Assembly (NCBI GenBank): GCA_003220495.1
Contig: QHSP01000019.1
Location: 44,148 to 108,147, forward strand
From: Candidatus Rokuibacteriota bacterium
GTDB taxonomy: Bacteria; Methylomirabilota; Methylomirabilia; Rokubacteriales; CSP1-6
Reading direction: 5' to 3'
Length of the DNA: 64,000 nt
Shown here: positions 48,148-58,857 of the stretch, in pieces
Layout of the letters: each line of letters begins with the position of its first letter
Position numbering within the stretch: position 1 is the stretch's first letter
Translations under genes and position numbers: made by a program
The notes under the pieces: generated by a model
Database searches by the model: none
The model's input: the letters and a program-made list of their open reading frames with translations, nothing else
Told to the model about the DNA's origin: nothing

Positions 48148-50569
48148 CTCCCCTGACCTTCCGGCCCCTGGGATCGTACAGCGGCTCGCGGCTCACGATG
48201 GCCGCGACCGCTTCGCCGAAGAGCTCCACTGTCAGACGCGTGCCCGGCGTGGCCGAAGCAACCGGGACGTAGCCGTACGCGATCGACGCGCCGACCGTGT
48301 AGCCGTAGCCCCCGCTGGTCACCCGGCCGATCGTACGCCCTTCGGCCAGGATCGGCTCGCCCCCGAGCGTGACCACGCTCGGATCGGCCAGGGTGAGGCA
48401 GACGAGCTTGGTGGTGAGCCCGTCAGCCTTCTGCCTCACGAGCGCCTCGCGGCCGATGAAATCACCCTTGTCGAGCCGGACGCAGAAGCCGAGCCCGGCC
48501 TCGAACGGCGTGTGCTCCGGGGTCACGTCGGCGCTCCAGTAACGGTAGCCCTTCTCGAGCCGGAGCGAATCGATCGCCCGATATCCAGCGGCGAGCAAGC
48601 CGAATGGGGCGCCGGCCGCCCAGAGCGAGTCCCACAGCGCGAGGCCGGCCACCGTCGGCGCGTAGAGCTCCCAGCCGAGCTCGCCGACGTAGGTCACCCG
48701 CAGCGCGAGGACGCTCGCGTCGCCCACCGTGAGGCGCCGCGCGCGCATGTAGGGCAACGCTCCGTCGGAGACGTCGTCGCGCGTCGCGCGGGCGAGGATC
48801 TCGCGCGCGCGCGGACCGAAGAGGCCGAGACACGTATAGCGATCGGTCACGTCCTCGACCACGACGGCGCGGTCGTCGGCGGCGTGCGAGCGGACCCAGG
48901 CGAGGTCGTGCAGGCCGAACGCGCTCCCGGTCACGAGCATGAAGCGATCGTGACCGAGACGGGTCACGGTCAGGTCGCACTCGATCCCGCCGCGGTCGTT
49001 GAGGAGCTGCGTGTAGGTGACGGCGCCGACCGGTTTGTCGAGGTCGTTGTCGGCCAGGCGCTGCAGCGCGCTCAGCGCCCCCGCGCCCGACACCTCGAGC
49101 TTGCTGAACGAGGTCTCGTCGAAGAGCACCGCCTGCTCGCGAGCCGCCCGGTGCTCGGCCTCGATCGCCGTCGACCAGTGACGCGCCGACCAGCCGCGCG
49201 GCGTCCATCTCCGCGGGGATTGCGCCGCGTTCGCCTCGAGCCAGTTCGGGCGCTCCCAGCCCGCCTTCTCGCCGAAGGCGCCGCCGAGCGCTTCGACCCG
49301 CGCGTGCACGGGCGAGCGCTTGAGCCCGCGCCCAGCGCGCCGCTCCTCTCCGGGGTAGTGGAGGTCGTAGTACGTGGCGTACGTCTCGAGCGCCTGCGCG
49401 CGGGCGTACCCGCGATCGCCGTAGTGAGCGCCGAAACGGCGCAGATCCATCCGCCAGACGTCGATCGACGGGCGCCCCTGCAGAATCCACTCGGCCATCA
49501 CCTGGCCGACTCCGCCGGCGCCGGCGATCCCGTGAGCGCAGAAGCCGGCGGCGACGAAGAAGCCGCGAATGTCCGGCGCCTCGCCCATGATGAACTCGCC
49601 GTCCGGTGTGAACGCCTCGGGGCCGTTGATCAAGGTGATGACTTCGGCTCGGCCAATGGCCGGCACGCGCGAAATCGCCTGCTCCATGAGATCGCCGAAC
49701 CGCTCCCAGTCCGGCGCCAGGAGCTTGTGGGTGAAATCGGGTGGGATCCCGTCGAGGCCCCAGGGCGCCGGCGAGCGCTCGTACCCGCCCATGAGCAGGC
49801 CGCCGACTTCCTCACGGAAGTACACGAGCCGGTCGGGATCGCGCATCGTCGGAATGTCGCGCGTGACCCCGTCGATCGGCTTGGTCACGAGGTACTGATG
49901 CGCCATCGGGATGACCGGCACAGTGAGGCCGACCAACCGGCCAACCTCGTGCGACCAGATCCCGGCCGCGTTGACGACGACCTCGCACGGCACGGTCCCC
50001 TGCTCGGTCTCGACACGAGCCACCTTGCGGCCGTCGACCTTGATGCCCACCACGTTCACCCCGGTCCGGATCGTGACCCCGCGTTGTCGGGCGCCGGCGG
50101 CCAGCGCGCCGGCGAGCGACGCGGGATCGATCCGGCCGTCGGTCGGCAGATAGGCGGCGCCCTCGACCCCCGCGATGCTCATCAAGGGGAAGAGATCGCG
50201 CGCCTCATGGGCCGAGATCAGGGTCAGGGGGAGCCCGAAGGTGCGTGCCCAGCCGACCTGGCGCCGGAGCTCGAGCAATCGCTCCGTCGACGAAGCCAGT
50301 CGCAGGCTCCCGACCTCGCGCCAGCCCGGATCGAGGCCCGTGTCGTCGCGCAGTCGCCGATAGAGCTCGACGCTCGCCATGTTGATGCGGGTCAGCGCGA
50401 TGGTCGAGCGCAGCTGGCCGACGAGGCCCGCCGAGTGGAACGTGGACCCGCCCGTCAGCTCACCCCGGTCGAGCACGAGCACGTCGCGGCAGCCCGCGAC
50501 CGCCAGGTGGTACGCGATGCTGCAGCCGGCGACGCCGCCGCCGATGATGACGACGCGGGCGGGATCGAT
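48140..50569 (-). CDS. dimethylglycine/sarcosine dehydrogenase-like FAD oxidoreductase fused to aminomethyltransferase (GcvT-like) folate-binding domain
   Basis: VVIIGGGVAGCSIAYHLA FAD motif (DAO domain) with C-terminal GCV_T/GCV_T_C domains. Start coordinate approximate: see the finding on the missing canonical start. The first about 256 aa of the 1071-aa ORF are an out-of-frame overlap with the SDR gene. Confidence 0.75.
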   Translation of the reverse strand: MDPARVVIIGGGVAGCSIAYHLAVAGCRDVLVLDRGELTGGSTFHSAGLVGQLRSTIALTRINMASVELYRRLRDDTGLDPGWREVGSLRLASSTERLLELRRQVGWARTFGLPLTLISAHEARDLFPLMSIAGVEGAAYLPTDGRIDPASLAGALAAGARQRGVTIRTGVNVVGIKVDGRKVARVETEQGTVPCEVVVNAAGIWSHEVGRLVGLTVPVIPMAHQYLVTKPIDGVTRDIPTMRDPDRLVYFREEVGGLLMGGYERSPAPWGLDGIPPDFTHKLLAPDWERFGDLMEQAISRVPAIGRAEVITLINGPEAFTPDGEFIMGEAPDIRGFFVAAGFCAHGIAGAGGVGQVMAEWILQGRPSIDVWRMDLRRFGAHYGDRGYARAQALETYATYYDLHYPGEERRAGRGLKRSPVHARVEALGGAFGEKAGWERPNWLEANAAQSPRRWTPRGWSARHWSTAIEAEHRAAREQAVLFDETSFSKLEVSGAGALSALQRLADNDLDKPVGAVTYTQLLNDRGGIECDLTVTRLGHDRFMLVTGSAFGLHDLAWVRSHAADDRAVVVEDVTDRYTCLGLFGPRAREILARATRDDVSDGALPYMRARRLTVGDASVLALRVTYVGELGWELYAPTVAGLALWDSLWAAGAPFGLLAAGYRAIDSLRLEKGYRYWSADVTPEHTPFEAGLGFCVRLDKGDFIGREALVRQKADGLTTKLVCLTLADPSVVTLGGEPILAEGRTIGRVTSGGYGYTVGASIAYGYVPVASATPGTRLTVELFGEAVAAIVSREPLYDPRGRKVRGGA

Positions 50570-50583
50570 GGGGGAGAGGCTCG

Positions 50584-51348
50584 CTACCCGGCGGTGAAGC
50601 CGCCGTCGACGACCAGCTCCGCGCCCGTCATGAACGAGGACTCGTCGCTCGCCAGGAACAGGGCGACATAGGCGATCTCGCGCGGCTGCGCGATCCGCCC
50701 GAGCGGGATGCCGGTCTCGAACTCCTTGCGGATCGCGTCGGTCAGGTATGGCGCCTGGAGCGGCGTGTCGACGATCCCGGGGTGGATCACGTTGCAACGG
50801 ATCTTGTCGCGGGCGAACTGGATCGCCAGCGACTTCGTCAGCGAGATCAGTCCGCCCTTCGCCGCCGTGTAGGCGTCCTGCGCCCGCGTGAAGCCCGCCA
50901 GCGCCGAGACCGAGCCCATGTTGATGATCGAGCCGCCGCCGGCGCGCTGCAGATGCGGGATCCCGTACTTCGTCACCCAGAAGACCGACTTCAGATTGAT
51001 GGCCATCACGCGATCCCACCAGCGGTCGTCGGTCTCGAGCACGGAGCGATCGCGGTCCTTCCACAGAACACCGGCGTTGTTGTGCAGGACGTGGAGCGCC
51101 CCGAAGCGGCGCACCCCTTCCTCGACCATTCGCTGCACGTCCGCTTCGACCGCGACGTCGCCGGTGACCGCGACGGCCTGGCCGCCGGCGTTCGCGACCC
51201 GTGCGACCGTCCCCTTCGCCGCCTCCGCGTCGATGTCCGCCGCCACGATCCTGGCGCCTTCTTCGGCGAAGAGCGCGGCCGTCTCGCGCCCCATGCCCAT
51301 TCCGGCGCCGGTGATGAGCGCGACCTTGCCAGCGAGCCGCCCGCTCAT
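50584..51348 (-). CDS. SDR family oxidoreductase
   Basis: MSGRLAGKVALITGAGMGMG...NNAG...YTAAKGG; 254 aa. Confidence 0.85.
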   Translation of the reverse strand: MSGRLAGKVALITGAGMGMGRETAALFAEEGARIVAADIDAEAAKGTVARVANAGGQAVAVTGDVAVEADVQRMVEEGVRRFGALHVLHNNAGVLWKDRDRSVLETDDRWWDRVMAINLKSVFWVTKYGIPHLQRAGGGSIINMGSVSALAGFTRAQDAYTAAKGGLISLTKSLAIQFARDKIRCNVIHPGIVDTPLQAPYLTDAIRKEFETGIPLGRIAQPREIAYVALFLASDESSFMTGAELVVDGGFTAG

Positions 51349-52457
51349 CCCCCACCGCCGGCCTGGCGCAGCTCGGCGACGCTCGCCGCGAACGCCTCGA
51401 CGACCCCCCGCATATCCGCCGGAGTGAGCGTCCCCATGTTGGACACGCGGAACGCGTACTTCCGGATGTCGCCCTGCCCGGCGTAGATGATGTAGCCGCG
51501 GCGCTTCATGGCGTCGTGGAGGGGGTCGTACGCGATGCCCGACGGCAGCTTGAACGTCGTGAGGATGCTCGAGCGCGCGCCCTCGGCCACGAGCATCTCG
51601 AAGCCGAGCGCGGCCATGCCGCGGCGAAGGACCCGCGCGTTCTCCGCATAGCGGGCGATGCGCTCGGCCACGCCCTCCTTCTCGAGCTCGAGCAGCGCCT
51701 GCCGCATCGCGTGCAGCACCTGCACGGCCGGGGTGAACGGCGTGTTGTCCCGCTCCTGGGCCACGTAGTGGCTCGCGAGATCGAGATAGACGCTGCGCGG
51801 GGGCCTGCCGCGGAGCGCGTCGAGCGCCTGCCGCCGGGCCAGGACGAACGAGATGCCGGGCACACCCTGCAGGCACTTGTTGGCGCTGGCCATCACGAAG
51901 TCGATCCCGTCCTGGGTCACGTCGAGCGGCTCGCCGAAGAGCGAGCTCATCGCATCGACCAGCACGCGGCGGCCCTCGCCGGCCGCGGCGCGCACGATCT
52001 CGGCCACCGGGTTGAGAACGCCCGTCGTCGTCTCGTGGTGCACGACCGCGACGTGGGTCAGGTGGCGCTCGGCGCGCAGCGCGGCGCGCACGTCGTCGGG
52101 ACGCGCCGGCGTCGCCACGTCGTAGGAGAGCGCGCGGCTCGGGATCCCGTGAGCGCGCGCGATACGAAGCAGGCGGTCGCCGTAGACGCCGTTGTCGACC
52201 ACCAGGAGCCCGCCGTCGGCCGGCACGGCCGAGGAGACCGCCGCCTCGACCGCCGCGGTGCCCGAGCCGGTGAACAGGACGGCCGCAAACCCGCGGCCGC
52301 CCTCGGCCAGCCGCACGAGCCGCTCACGGCAGTCGCGCATCACCTCGAAGAACTCCGGCTCGCGATGGCAGAGGTCGGGCGTCACGAGCGCTTCGCGGAC
52401 CTCCCGGCTCGTGTTGGCCGGGCCGGGGTTGAGCAGGATCCACTCTCGATCGCTCAC
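51345..52457 (-). CDS. class V aminotransferase (2-aminoethylphosphonate:pyruvate / alanine-glyoxylate aminotransferase-like)
   Basis: LLNPGPANTSREVREAL N-terminus typical of PhnW/AGXT; PLP-Lys context SANKCL. GTG start 5 nt after the GS-family stop. Confidence 0.8.
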   Translation of the reverse strand: MSDREWILLNPGPANTSREVREALVTPDLCHREPEFFEVMRDCRERLVRLAEGGRGFAAVLFTGSGTAAVEAAVSSAVPADGGLLVVDNGVYGDRLLRIARAHGIPSRALSYDVATPARPDDVRAALRAERHLTHVAVVHHETTTGVLNPVAEIVRAAAGEGRRVLVDAMSSLFGEPLDVTQDGIDFVMASANKCLQGVPGISFVLARRQALDALRGRPPRSVYLDLASHYVAQERDNTPFTPAVQVLHAMRQALLELEKEGVAERIARYAENARVLRRGMAALGFEMLVAEGARSSILTTFKLPSGIAYDPLHDAMKRRGYIIYAGQGDIRKYAFRVSNMGTLTPADMRGVVEAFAASVAELRQAGGGG

Positions 52458-52462
52458 GGTCG

Positions 52463-53836
52463 CTAGATCCTTTCGAAGTTGCGCCCGAGCTCCCAGTCGG
52501 TCACGACCTGGTCGAACGCCTGCTGCTCCAGGCGCGCGGTGTGCAGGTAATGGTCGACCACGCGGTCGCCAAACGCCGCCCGCGCGACCTTCGAGCGCTC
52601 GAGCTCGGCGATCGCCTCGCGGAGCGTCTTGGGCACCTGGGGCAGGGTCGCGTCCACGTAGGCGTTGCCCTCGTAGGGCTTGGGCGGCTTCAGGCGGCTC
52701 GCGATGCCGTGGAGTCCGGCGGCGATCGTCGCCGCGAAGGCGAGATAGGCATTGGCATCGGCGCCGGGAATGCGGTTCTCGACGCGGAAGCCGCCGCCCT
52801 CGCCGCAGAGCCGGAATCCGCACGTGCGGTTGTCCCAGCCGGCGACAATGCGCGTCGGTGCGAACGATCCGGACTGGTAGCGCTTGTACGAGTTCACGCT
52901 CGGCGCGTAGAAGTACGCGAGCTCCCGCGCCATCGCCATCTGTCCGGCGAGCCACTGGCCGAAGAGGGGCGTGCTCGTCGTCCGGGCGCCCCGGCCGGCG
53001 GCCGCGAACAGGGGCTTGCGCCCGGCCTTGTCCCAGAGCGAGGAGTGCAGGTGGAACGACGAGCCGGCCGCCGCCATGTCGTACTTGGCCATGAACGTGA
53101 TGGCCGAGCCGTGCTGGTGCGCGATCTCCTTCGCCCCGTGCTTGTAGAGCGCGGTGCGGTCGGCCATCTCGAGCGCCTCCGCGTAGCGGAGGTTGATCTC
53201 TTCCTGTCCCCGCCCCCACTCCCCCTTCGAGGTCTCCACCGGGACGTCCGCGGCCTCCATGCCGTTACGAATCGCCCGGATGAGCGGCTCTTCCTTCGAA
53301 GTCTGGAGGATGTGATAGTCCTCGAGATAGCTCGACACCGGCGTGAGATCGTGGTGACGCTTGCGGCGCGCCTCGTCGAACGTCTCCTTGAAGCAATAGA
53401 GCTCGAGCTCGGCCGCGGTCTTCACGACGTAGCCCAGCGCCGCCGCCCGCTCGATCTGCCGCTTGAGGATCCATCGCGGCGCTTCCTCGATCGGCTCGCC
53501 CTCTTCGGTGAAGACGTCGCAGAAGACGAGCGCGGTCTTCGGCAGCCACGGGATGAGCCGCGCGGTCGTCAGGTCGGGGACCATCTTCATGTCGCCGTAG
53601 CCGCGCTCCCACGAGGTGAGCTTGAAGCCGGGCAGCGGTTCCATCTCCATGTCGACGGTGAAGAGATAGATGCAGGCGTGCGCGCCGTCGTCCACGACGT
53701 GGTCGAGAAAGTAGCGGCCCACGACGCGCTTGCCCATCAGCCGGCCGAGCGCGTCGGGAAAGACGGTCAGGACGGTATCGACGGCACCCTTCTCGATGAG
53801 CTGCGCCAGTCGCTTGCGATCGAGCCGCCCCGGCAT
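52463..53836 (-). CDS. glutamine synthetase family protein (gamma-glutamyl ligase, GlnA3/PuuA-like)
   Basis: GS catalytic-domain motifs (GWEGDSSF-like FHLHSSLWD, NAYLAFAATIAAGL); 457 aa. Confidence 0.8.
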   Translation of the reverse strand: MPGRLDRKRLAQLIEKGAVDTVLTVFPDALGRLMGKRVVGRYFLDHVVDDGAHACIYLFTVDMEMEPLPGFKLTSWERGYGDMKMVPDLTTARLIPWLPKTALVFCDVFTEEGEPIEEAPRWILKRQIERAAALGYVVKTAAELELYCFKETFDEARRKRHHDLTPVSSYLEDYHILQTSKEEPLIRAIRNGMEAADVPVETSKGEWGRGQEEINLRYAEALEMADRTALYKHGAKEIAHQHGSAITFMAKYDMAAAGSSFHLHSSLWDKAGRKPLFAAAGRGARTTSTPLFGQWLAGQMAMARELAYFYAPSVNSYKRYQSGSFAPTRIVAGWDNRTCGFRLCGEGGGFRVENRIPGADANAYLAFAATIAAGLHGIASRLKPPKPYEGNAYVDATLPQVPKTLREAIAELERSKVARAAFGDRVVDHYLHTARLEQQAFDQVVTDWELGRNFERI

Positions 53837-53851
53837 GACGCGGATAGTAGC

Positions 53852-55093
53852 TTAGCTCGACTTGACCTGGAACAGGAACGGCGGAAGCATCAGCACCAGC
53901 AAGATCAGGCAGGCGATACCGATCGCGCGGCGCCCCCACGAGAGGGGCGAGAGATCATCGAGCGGCGGGCTGTGGTGCAGGCCCACGAGCAACGAAATCA
54001 AGCCGGCCCACACGAACCAGTTCAGGGAGGACCCGATCGCCAGGATGATGTCCCCGCCCGGCGCGCGCAGGGTCCAGAGGAACGCGGCCACGCCCAGGCC
54101 GAGCAGCGCGATCACGGTCGCCCGACCGACCGCGCGGTGGCGACGGCCGAAGAGCGCGTAGACGATGCGCCCGCCGTCGAGCTGGCCCACGGGGATGAGG
54201 TTCAACGCGGTGACGAGGAGCCCGGCCCACGCCGCGTCGACGATCGGGTGGGTGAAGAGCATGTGGCCCGGCGGAATGTGCCCGAAGCGCAGGTACGAGA
54301 GTCCCCAGGTGAGCAGCGAGTCGCCGAATCCCGAATAACCCTCCGGCGGCATGGGCACGACGCTCGACCAGGCGAGACCCAGCACGATGGCGGGAAAGGC
54401 CACCGCCAGGCCGGCCAGCGGCCCCGCCGCCGCGATGTCGAAGAGCGAGTTGCGGTCTCTCGCGGGCGAGCGCATCAGGATGATGGCGCCCAGCGTTCCG
54501 AAGGGAACGCCGATCGGCAGACCGAACAGCAGGTACCCGAGGATCGGCGGTGGCGCCGGCACGAAATACGGCAGGCTGACCGAGGCTCCGTGGTAGCGCG
54601 CCGCGAAGTAGTGACCGAACTCGTGAACGACGAGCACCGCGAGCAGTGTGGCCGCGAAGGGAACGCCGGCGAAGAACCGGAGTGCGAGCGAGGGCGCCGT
54701 CCGCAGGGCGTCGAACATCGGCGCGCCGACGTATCCGAGGCCGGCGAGCAGCATCGTGACGCACGTGACCGAAAACAGAATCACGTTGGGCCGTGTCGCC
54801 GACCGCCCGGCCGTCTCCGTCAGCGGCAGCGCCTGGACGGCCACCCCCCCCGCCTCCTCACGCAGGTACGGCGTGTAGCCGAGCGAACGGAAGCGACCGA
54901 TCAGAAGGTCGAGCGCCCGGGCGGGCTCGGTCATCAGCTCGCCGCGGAACACGACGATCCCGCCCCGGATCTGTCGGTCGCGAATCACCAGGACGTCCTC
55001 GACGTTCCGGCGCAGTCGATCCTCGGTGACGAGCATCTCGTCCGGCGGGGGCGGCGGCGGGAACCGGCGCGCGCGGATCGGCCACCAGCGCAT
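53852..55093 (-). CDS. site-2 protease family (M50) membrane metalloprotease
   Basis: HEFGH zinc motif within a TM helix; multiple TM segments; 413 aa. Confidence 0.8.
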   Translation of the reverse strand: MRWWPIRARRFPPPPPPDEMLVTEDRLRRNVEDVLVIRDRQIRGGIVVFRGELMTEPARALDLLIGRFRSLGYTPYLREEAGGVAVQALPLTETAGRSATRPNVILFSVTCVTMLLAGLGYVGAPMFDALRTAPSLALRFFAGVPFAATLLAVLVVHEFGHYFAARYHGASVSLPYFVPAPPPILGYLLFGLPIGVPFGTLGAIILMRSPARDRNSLFDIAAAGPLAGLAVAFPAIVLGLAWSSVVPMPPEGYSGFGDSLLTWGLSYLRFGHIPPGHMLFTHPIVDAAWAGLLVTALNLIPVGQLDGGRIVYALFGRRHRAVGRATVIALLGLGVAAFLWTLRAPGGDIILAIGSSLNWFVWAGLISLLVGLHHSPPLDDLSPLSWGRRAIGIACLILLVLMLPPFLFQVKSS

Positions 55094-55102
55094 GGCTTCA
55101 GG

Positions 55103-55546
55103 CTACCACGCGGCCAGACGACCGATGGCGGACCGCAGCGCCTCCAGCCCGCCTTCGCGATAGATCGCGCCGAGCACGGCCTCGAGGGCCGAAGCCAGGA
55201 TCGAGTCACGCGTCCGTCCGCCCGACTGGTCTTCGCCCCGGCCCAGGCGTAGCAGCGGTCCGAGATCGAGATCGACGGCCCAGCGCGCCAGTCGCGCGCC
55301 GGTGACCAGCTCGGCGCGCCGCGCCGTGAGGTGCCCGACCTGAGCAGCCGGGTCGTCGGCGATCAGGTGGTCGGCGACGACGAGGGCGAGCGCCGCGTCG
55401 CCGAGGAACGCGAGCCGGGCGTGGTCCGCCGCCGGCGGGTGCTCGTTGGCGTACGAGCCGTGCGTGAGCGCCTGCTCGAGGAGAAGCGGATCACGGAACC
55501 GATAGCCGAGCCGTCGCTCCAGCTCGACGACTCGGAGCGGATCCAC
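55103..55546 (-). CDS. ribonuclease III catalytic-domain protein lacking dsRBD (Mini-III-like)
   Basis: ERLEFLGDS-type signature present as ARLAFLGDAAL, with HGSY upstream; only 147 aa, so no dsRNA-binding domain. Immediately downstream of fabF. Confidence 0.7.
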   Translation of the reverse strand: MDPLRVVELERRLGYRFRDPLLLEQALTHGSYANEHPPAADHARLAFLGDAALALVVADHLIADDPAAQVGHLTARRAELVTGARLARWAVDLDLGPLLRLGRGEDQSGGRTRDSILASALEAVLGAIYREGGLEALRSAIGRLAAW

Positions 55547-56791
55547 TTACCCGCGGTACGCGCGGAAGGCCAGCGTGGCGTTCGTGCCGCCGAAGCCGAA
55601 CGCGTTCGAGAGCGCGACCTCGACGTCCTGCTTGCGCGCCTGGTTGGGGACGTAGTCGAGATCGCAATCCGGGTCGGGCGTCTCGTAGTTGATCGTCGGC
55701 GGCAGCACGCCGTGGTGGAGCGCCAGCACGGTCGCGATCGCCTCGATGCCGCCGGCGGCGCCGAGCAGGTGGCCCGTCATCGACTTCGTCGAGGAGACGG
55801 CCAGCCGCCGCGCATGGTCGCCGAAGACACGCTTGATGGCGAGCGTCTCGAACTTGTCGTTGTAGGGCGTCGACGTCCCGTGGGCGTTGATGTACCCGAT
55901 GGCGGAGACGTCCAGCCCCGCGTCGCGGACCGCCGCCGTCATCGCTCGCGCCGCGCCGCTGCCCTCCGGATCGGGCGCGGTCATGTGATGGGCGTCGCCG
56001 GTCATCCCGTAGCCGACGATCTCGGCGTAGATGCGCGCGTCCCGGGCGAGCGCGTGCTCGAGCGATTCGAGCACGACGATGCCGGCGCCTTCGCCGCACA
56101 CGAAGCCGTCGCGCGTGGCGTCGAAGGGGCGCATGGCCTTCGCCGGCTCGTCGTTGCGCGTGGACATCGCCTTCATCGAGCAGAAGCCCGCGATCGTGAG
56201 CGGGATGATGATCGCCTCGGAGCCTCCGGCGATCATCACGTCGGCGTCGGCTCGCTGGATGATCTTGAAGGAGTCGCCGATGGCGTGATTGCCGGTGGCG
56301 CACGCGGTCACCACGGCGGAATTCGGTCCCTTGGCGCCGAAACGTATCGACACGAGCCCCGACGCCATGTTCGCGATGAGCATCGGAATGAAGAAGGGCG
56401 AGACCCGGTCGGGGCCCTTCTCGATGAGATTCCGATGGGACTCGAGGAGCGTCGAGATGCCGCCGATGCCGGAGCCGATGAGGACGCCGAACCGCGAGCC
56501 GTCGATCTTGTCGGTGTCGAGCGCGGCGTCCTGGACGGCCAGGACCGAGGACGCCACCGCGTACTGGAGATAGGGGTCGAGCCGCCTCGCTTCCTTCTTG
56601 TCGACGAAGTCCAGCGGGTCGAAGTTGCGCACCTCGCCGGCGATACGGGTCGGGTAGCCGGCGGTGTCGAACTTCGTGATCATGCCCACACCCGAGCGTC
56701 CCTGGACGAGCGAGGACCAGAACTCGTCGGCGGTGTTCCCGACCGGCGAGAGGGTCCCGAGCCCTGTAACGACGACCCTTCGCATACTCAC
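55547..56791 (-). CDS. fabF: beta-ketoacyl-ACP synthase II
   Basis: Active-site Cys in TACATG; His-His in HMTAPD and NAHGTSTP; 414 aa. Confidence 0.95.
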   Translation of the reverse strand: MSMRRVVVTGLGTLSPVGNTADEFWSSLVQGRSGVGMITKFDTAGYPTRIAGEVRNFDPLDFVDKKEARRLDPYLQYAVASSVLAVQDAALDTDKIDGSRFGVLIGSGIGGISTLLESHRNLIEKGPDRVSPFFIPMLIANMASGLVSIRFGAKGPNSAVVTACATGNHAIGDSFKIIQRADADVMIAGGSEAIIIPLTIAGFCSMKAMSTRNDEPAKAMRPFDATRDGFVCGEGAGIVVLESLEHALARDARIYAEIVGYGMTGDAHHMTAPDPEGSGAARAMTAAVRDAGLDVSAIGYINAHGTSTPYNDKFETLAIKRVFGDHARRLAVSSTKSMTGHLLGAAGGIEAIATVLALHHGVLPPTINYETPDPDCDLDYVPNQARKQDVEVALSNAFGFGGTNATLAFRAYRG

Positions 56792-56794
56792 CGT

Positions 56795-57031
56795 CTACGA
56801 GTTGTCCTTGATGTACTGGACCGCATCGCCTACGGTCACGATCTTCTCGGCATCCTCGTCGGGGATCTGGATGTCGAAGTGCTCCTCGAGGGCCATCACG
56901 AGCTCGACCGTATCGAGCGAGTCGGCGCCCAGGTCTTCGATGAACTTCGCAGACGGAGTGACGTCGTCCTCCTCCACCCCGAGCTGCTCGACGATGATCT
57001 CCTTCACCTTCTCATCCACTGACTTCGCCAT
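56795..57031 (-). CDS. acpP: acyl carrier protein
   Basis: 78 aa; phosphopantetheine attachment site LGADSLD. Confidence 0.9.
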   Translation of the reverse strand: MAKSVDEKVKEIIVEQLGVEEDDVTPSAKFIEDLGADSLDTVELVMALEEHFDIQIPDEDAEKIVTVGDAVQYIKDNS

Positions 57032-57060
57032 GAACCCGTCACCTCCACGGAAAGGATGAG

Positions 57061-57810
57061 TTACATGTAAAGTCCGCCGTTGACGTGGAAGACCTGACCC
57101 GTGACGTAGGTCGCCCCGTCTCCGGCGAGGAATCGTACCATCTCGGCCACCTCGCGAGTCGTCCCGCTGCGCTTGAGTGGCACCTGGGCGAGCAGGGCTT
57201 CCCGCGCGGCCGCCGACAGGTCTTTGGTCATGTCGGTCTCGATGAGCCCGGGAGCCACGGCGTTCACGAGGATCGACCAGTGCGCGAGCTCGCGGGCCGC
57301 CGCCTTCGTGAACCCGATGAGCCCGGCCTTCGCCGCGGAGTAATTCACCTGGCCGGCGTTGCCCATGGCCCCGGCCGTGGACGTGATGTTGATGACGCGT
57401 CCGCCGCTCTTCTGTCTGACCAGCGCCTTGCTCACCGCGCGCGTCATCAAGAACGCGCTGCGGAGGTTGACCTCGATCACTCGATCCCAGTCCTCGTCCG
57501 TCATCCGCACCAGCAACTGATCGTGCGTGACGCCGGCGTTGTTGACGAGGACGTCGATCCGTCCAAAATGCTGTTTCGCCGTGCTCACGAGCCGCTCGCA
57601 ATCCTCGCGGCTCGCCGCGTCGGCGACGACACCGAGCACCGCCCGGCCCTGCGTTTCCCATTCGCGAACGGTGCGTTGCAAACGCTCCCCGTCGCGCCCC
57701 GAGACTACCACGGCCGCGCCGTCCTCGGCCAGTCGCGCGCCGACCTCGGCGCCGATCCCGCGGCTGCCGCCCGTGATGATCGCGACCTTGCCGTCGAGCG
57801 GGCCCTTCAC
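57061..57810 (-). CDS. fabG: 3-oxoacyl-ACP reductase
   Basis: [12 protein letters not shown] and YSAAKAG motifs; GTG start overlaps the fabD stop (GTGA); 249 aa. Confidence 0.9.
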   Translation of the reverse strand: MKGPLDGKVAIITGGSRGIGAEVGARLAEDGAAVVVSGRDGERLQRTVREWETQGRAVLGVVADAASREDCERLVSTAKQHFGRIDVLVNNAGVTHDQLLVRMTDEDWDRVIEVNLRSAFLMTRAVSKALVRQKSGGRVINITSTAGAMGNAGQVNYSAAKAGLIGFTKAAARELAHWSILVNAVAPGLIETDMTKDLSAAAREALLAQVPLKRSGTTREVAEMVRFLAGDGATYVTGQVFHVNGGLYM

Positions 57811-58760
57811 GAGCGCGACTCGGCGGCGCCGCCGGCGACGGCCGTCAGCGCTTTCTCGAGACCGGCCGGATCCTCGATCGACTGCCCCCGCGCGCCGTTG
57901 ACGATGCGGCGCAGCAACCCGGAGAGCACACGGCCGGGGCCGACCTCGACGAAGGCGGTCGCGCCCTCCGACGCCAGTCGCTGAACGCAGTCCGTCCACC
58001 GGACGGGGCTGGCGACCTGACGCAGGAGGAAGGGGCGCACGTCCTCGGCCTTGCGCGTGACCCCGGCGTCGACATTCCGAACGACCGGCACGCGCGGATC
58101 GGTCACCCGGGCCGCGTCGAGCTCGGGCGCGAGACGGGTCCCGGCCGGCGCCATGAGCGAGCAATGGAATGGCGCGCTGACCGGAAGCATGACGCTCATC
58201 TTCCCGCCCCGCTCGGTCGCGAGCGCCACGGCGCGCTCGACCGCCGCTCGATGGCCCGCGATCACGATCTGCAGCGCCGAGTTCACGTTGGCGATCTCCG
58301 CGACGTCGCCCTGCGCGGCGTCCGCGCAGATCCGCTCGACGGCCGGGAGCTCGAGGCCCATGATCGCCGCCATCGCGCCGGTCCCCACCGGCACCGCCTC
58401 TTGCATGAACTCGCCGCGCTTGCGCACGATGCGGACCGCATCGGAGAAGCGCACCGCGCCGGCGACCACCAGCGCGGTGTACTCGCCGAGGCTGTGGCCG
58501 GCCGCCAGCGCCGGCCGCAGGCCGCGCTCGGCGCACGCCGTCGCGGCCGCCACCGACGCGGTCAGCACCGCGGGCTGCGTGTTGGCCGTCAGCGCCAGCT
58601 CGGCCTCGGGCCCCTCGAAGGCCAGCCGCATGAGATCGAAGCCGACCGCGTCGTTGGCCTCCTCGAAGATGGCCTTGGCGCCGGCCGACATCTCGTAGAA
58701 GGCCTTGCCCATTCCGACCGCCTGCGAGCCCTGGCCGGGGAAGAGGAACGCGGTGGTCAT
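57807..58760 (-). CDS. fabD: malonyl CoA-ACP transacylase
   Basis: FLFPGQGSQ...GHSLGEY active-site motifs; 317 aa. Confidence 0.9.
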   Translation of the reverse strand: MTTAFLFPGQGSQAVGMGKAFYEMSAGAKAIFEEANDAVGFDLMRLAFEGPEAELALTANTQPAVLTASVAAATACAERGLRPALAAGHSLGEYTALVVAGAVRFSDAVRIVRKRGEFMQEAVPVGTGAMAAIMGLELPAVERICADAAQGDVAEIANVNSALQIVIAGHRAAVERAVALATERGGKMSVMLPVSAPFHCSLMAPAGTRLAPELDAARVTDPRVPVVRNVDAGVTRKAEDVRPFLLRQVASPVRWTDCVQRLASEGATAFVEVGPGRVLSGLLRRIVNGARGQSIEDPAGLEKALTAVAGGAAESRS

Positions 58761-58857
58761 TGTAGCGGGGACCGTGAGGCTGGCTTGGACCGAGGGTGGC
58801 CTGAGAGAGACGCGAGTGGCTCCGACACGCCCGATCTCACGCCGAGTCTTGTCTTTC

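Noticed and set aside
48140-51355. 1071-aa ORF suggesting a giant fusion
   Set aside because: The first about 256 aa are the SDR gene region read in the wrong frame; the real DMGDH-like product begins just after the SDR stop near 50570-50590.
52541-55252. 903-aa + strand ORF
   Set aside because: Antisense to glutamine-synthetase-family and site-2 protease genes; composition-driven open frame.
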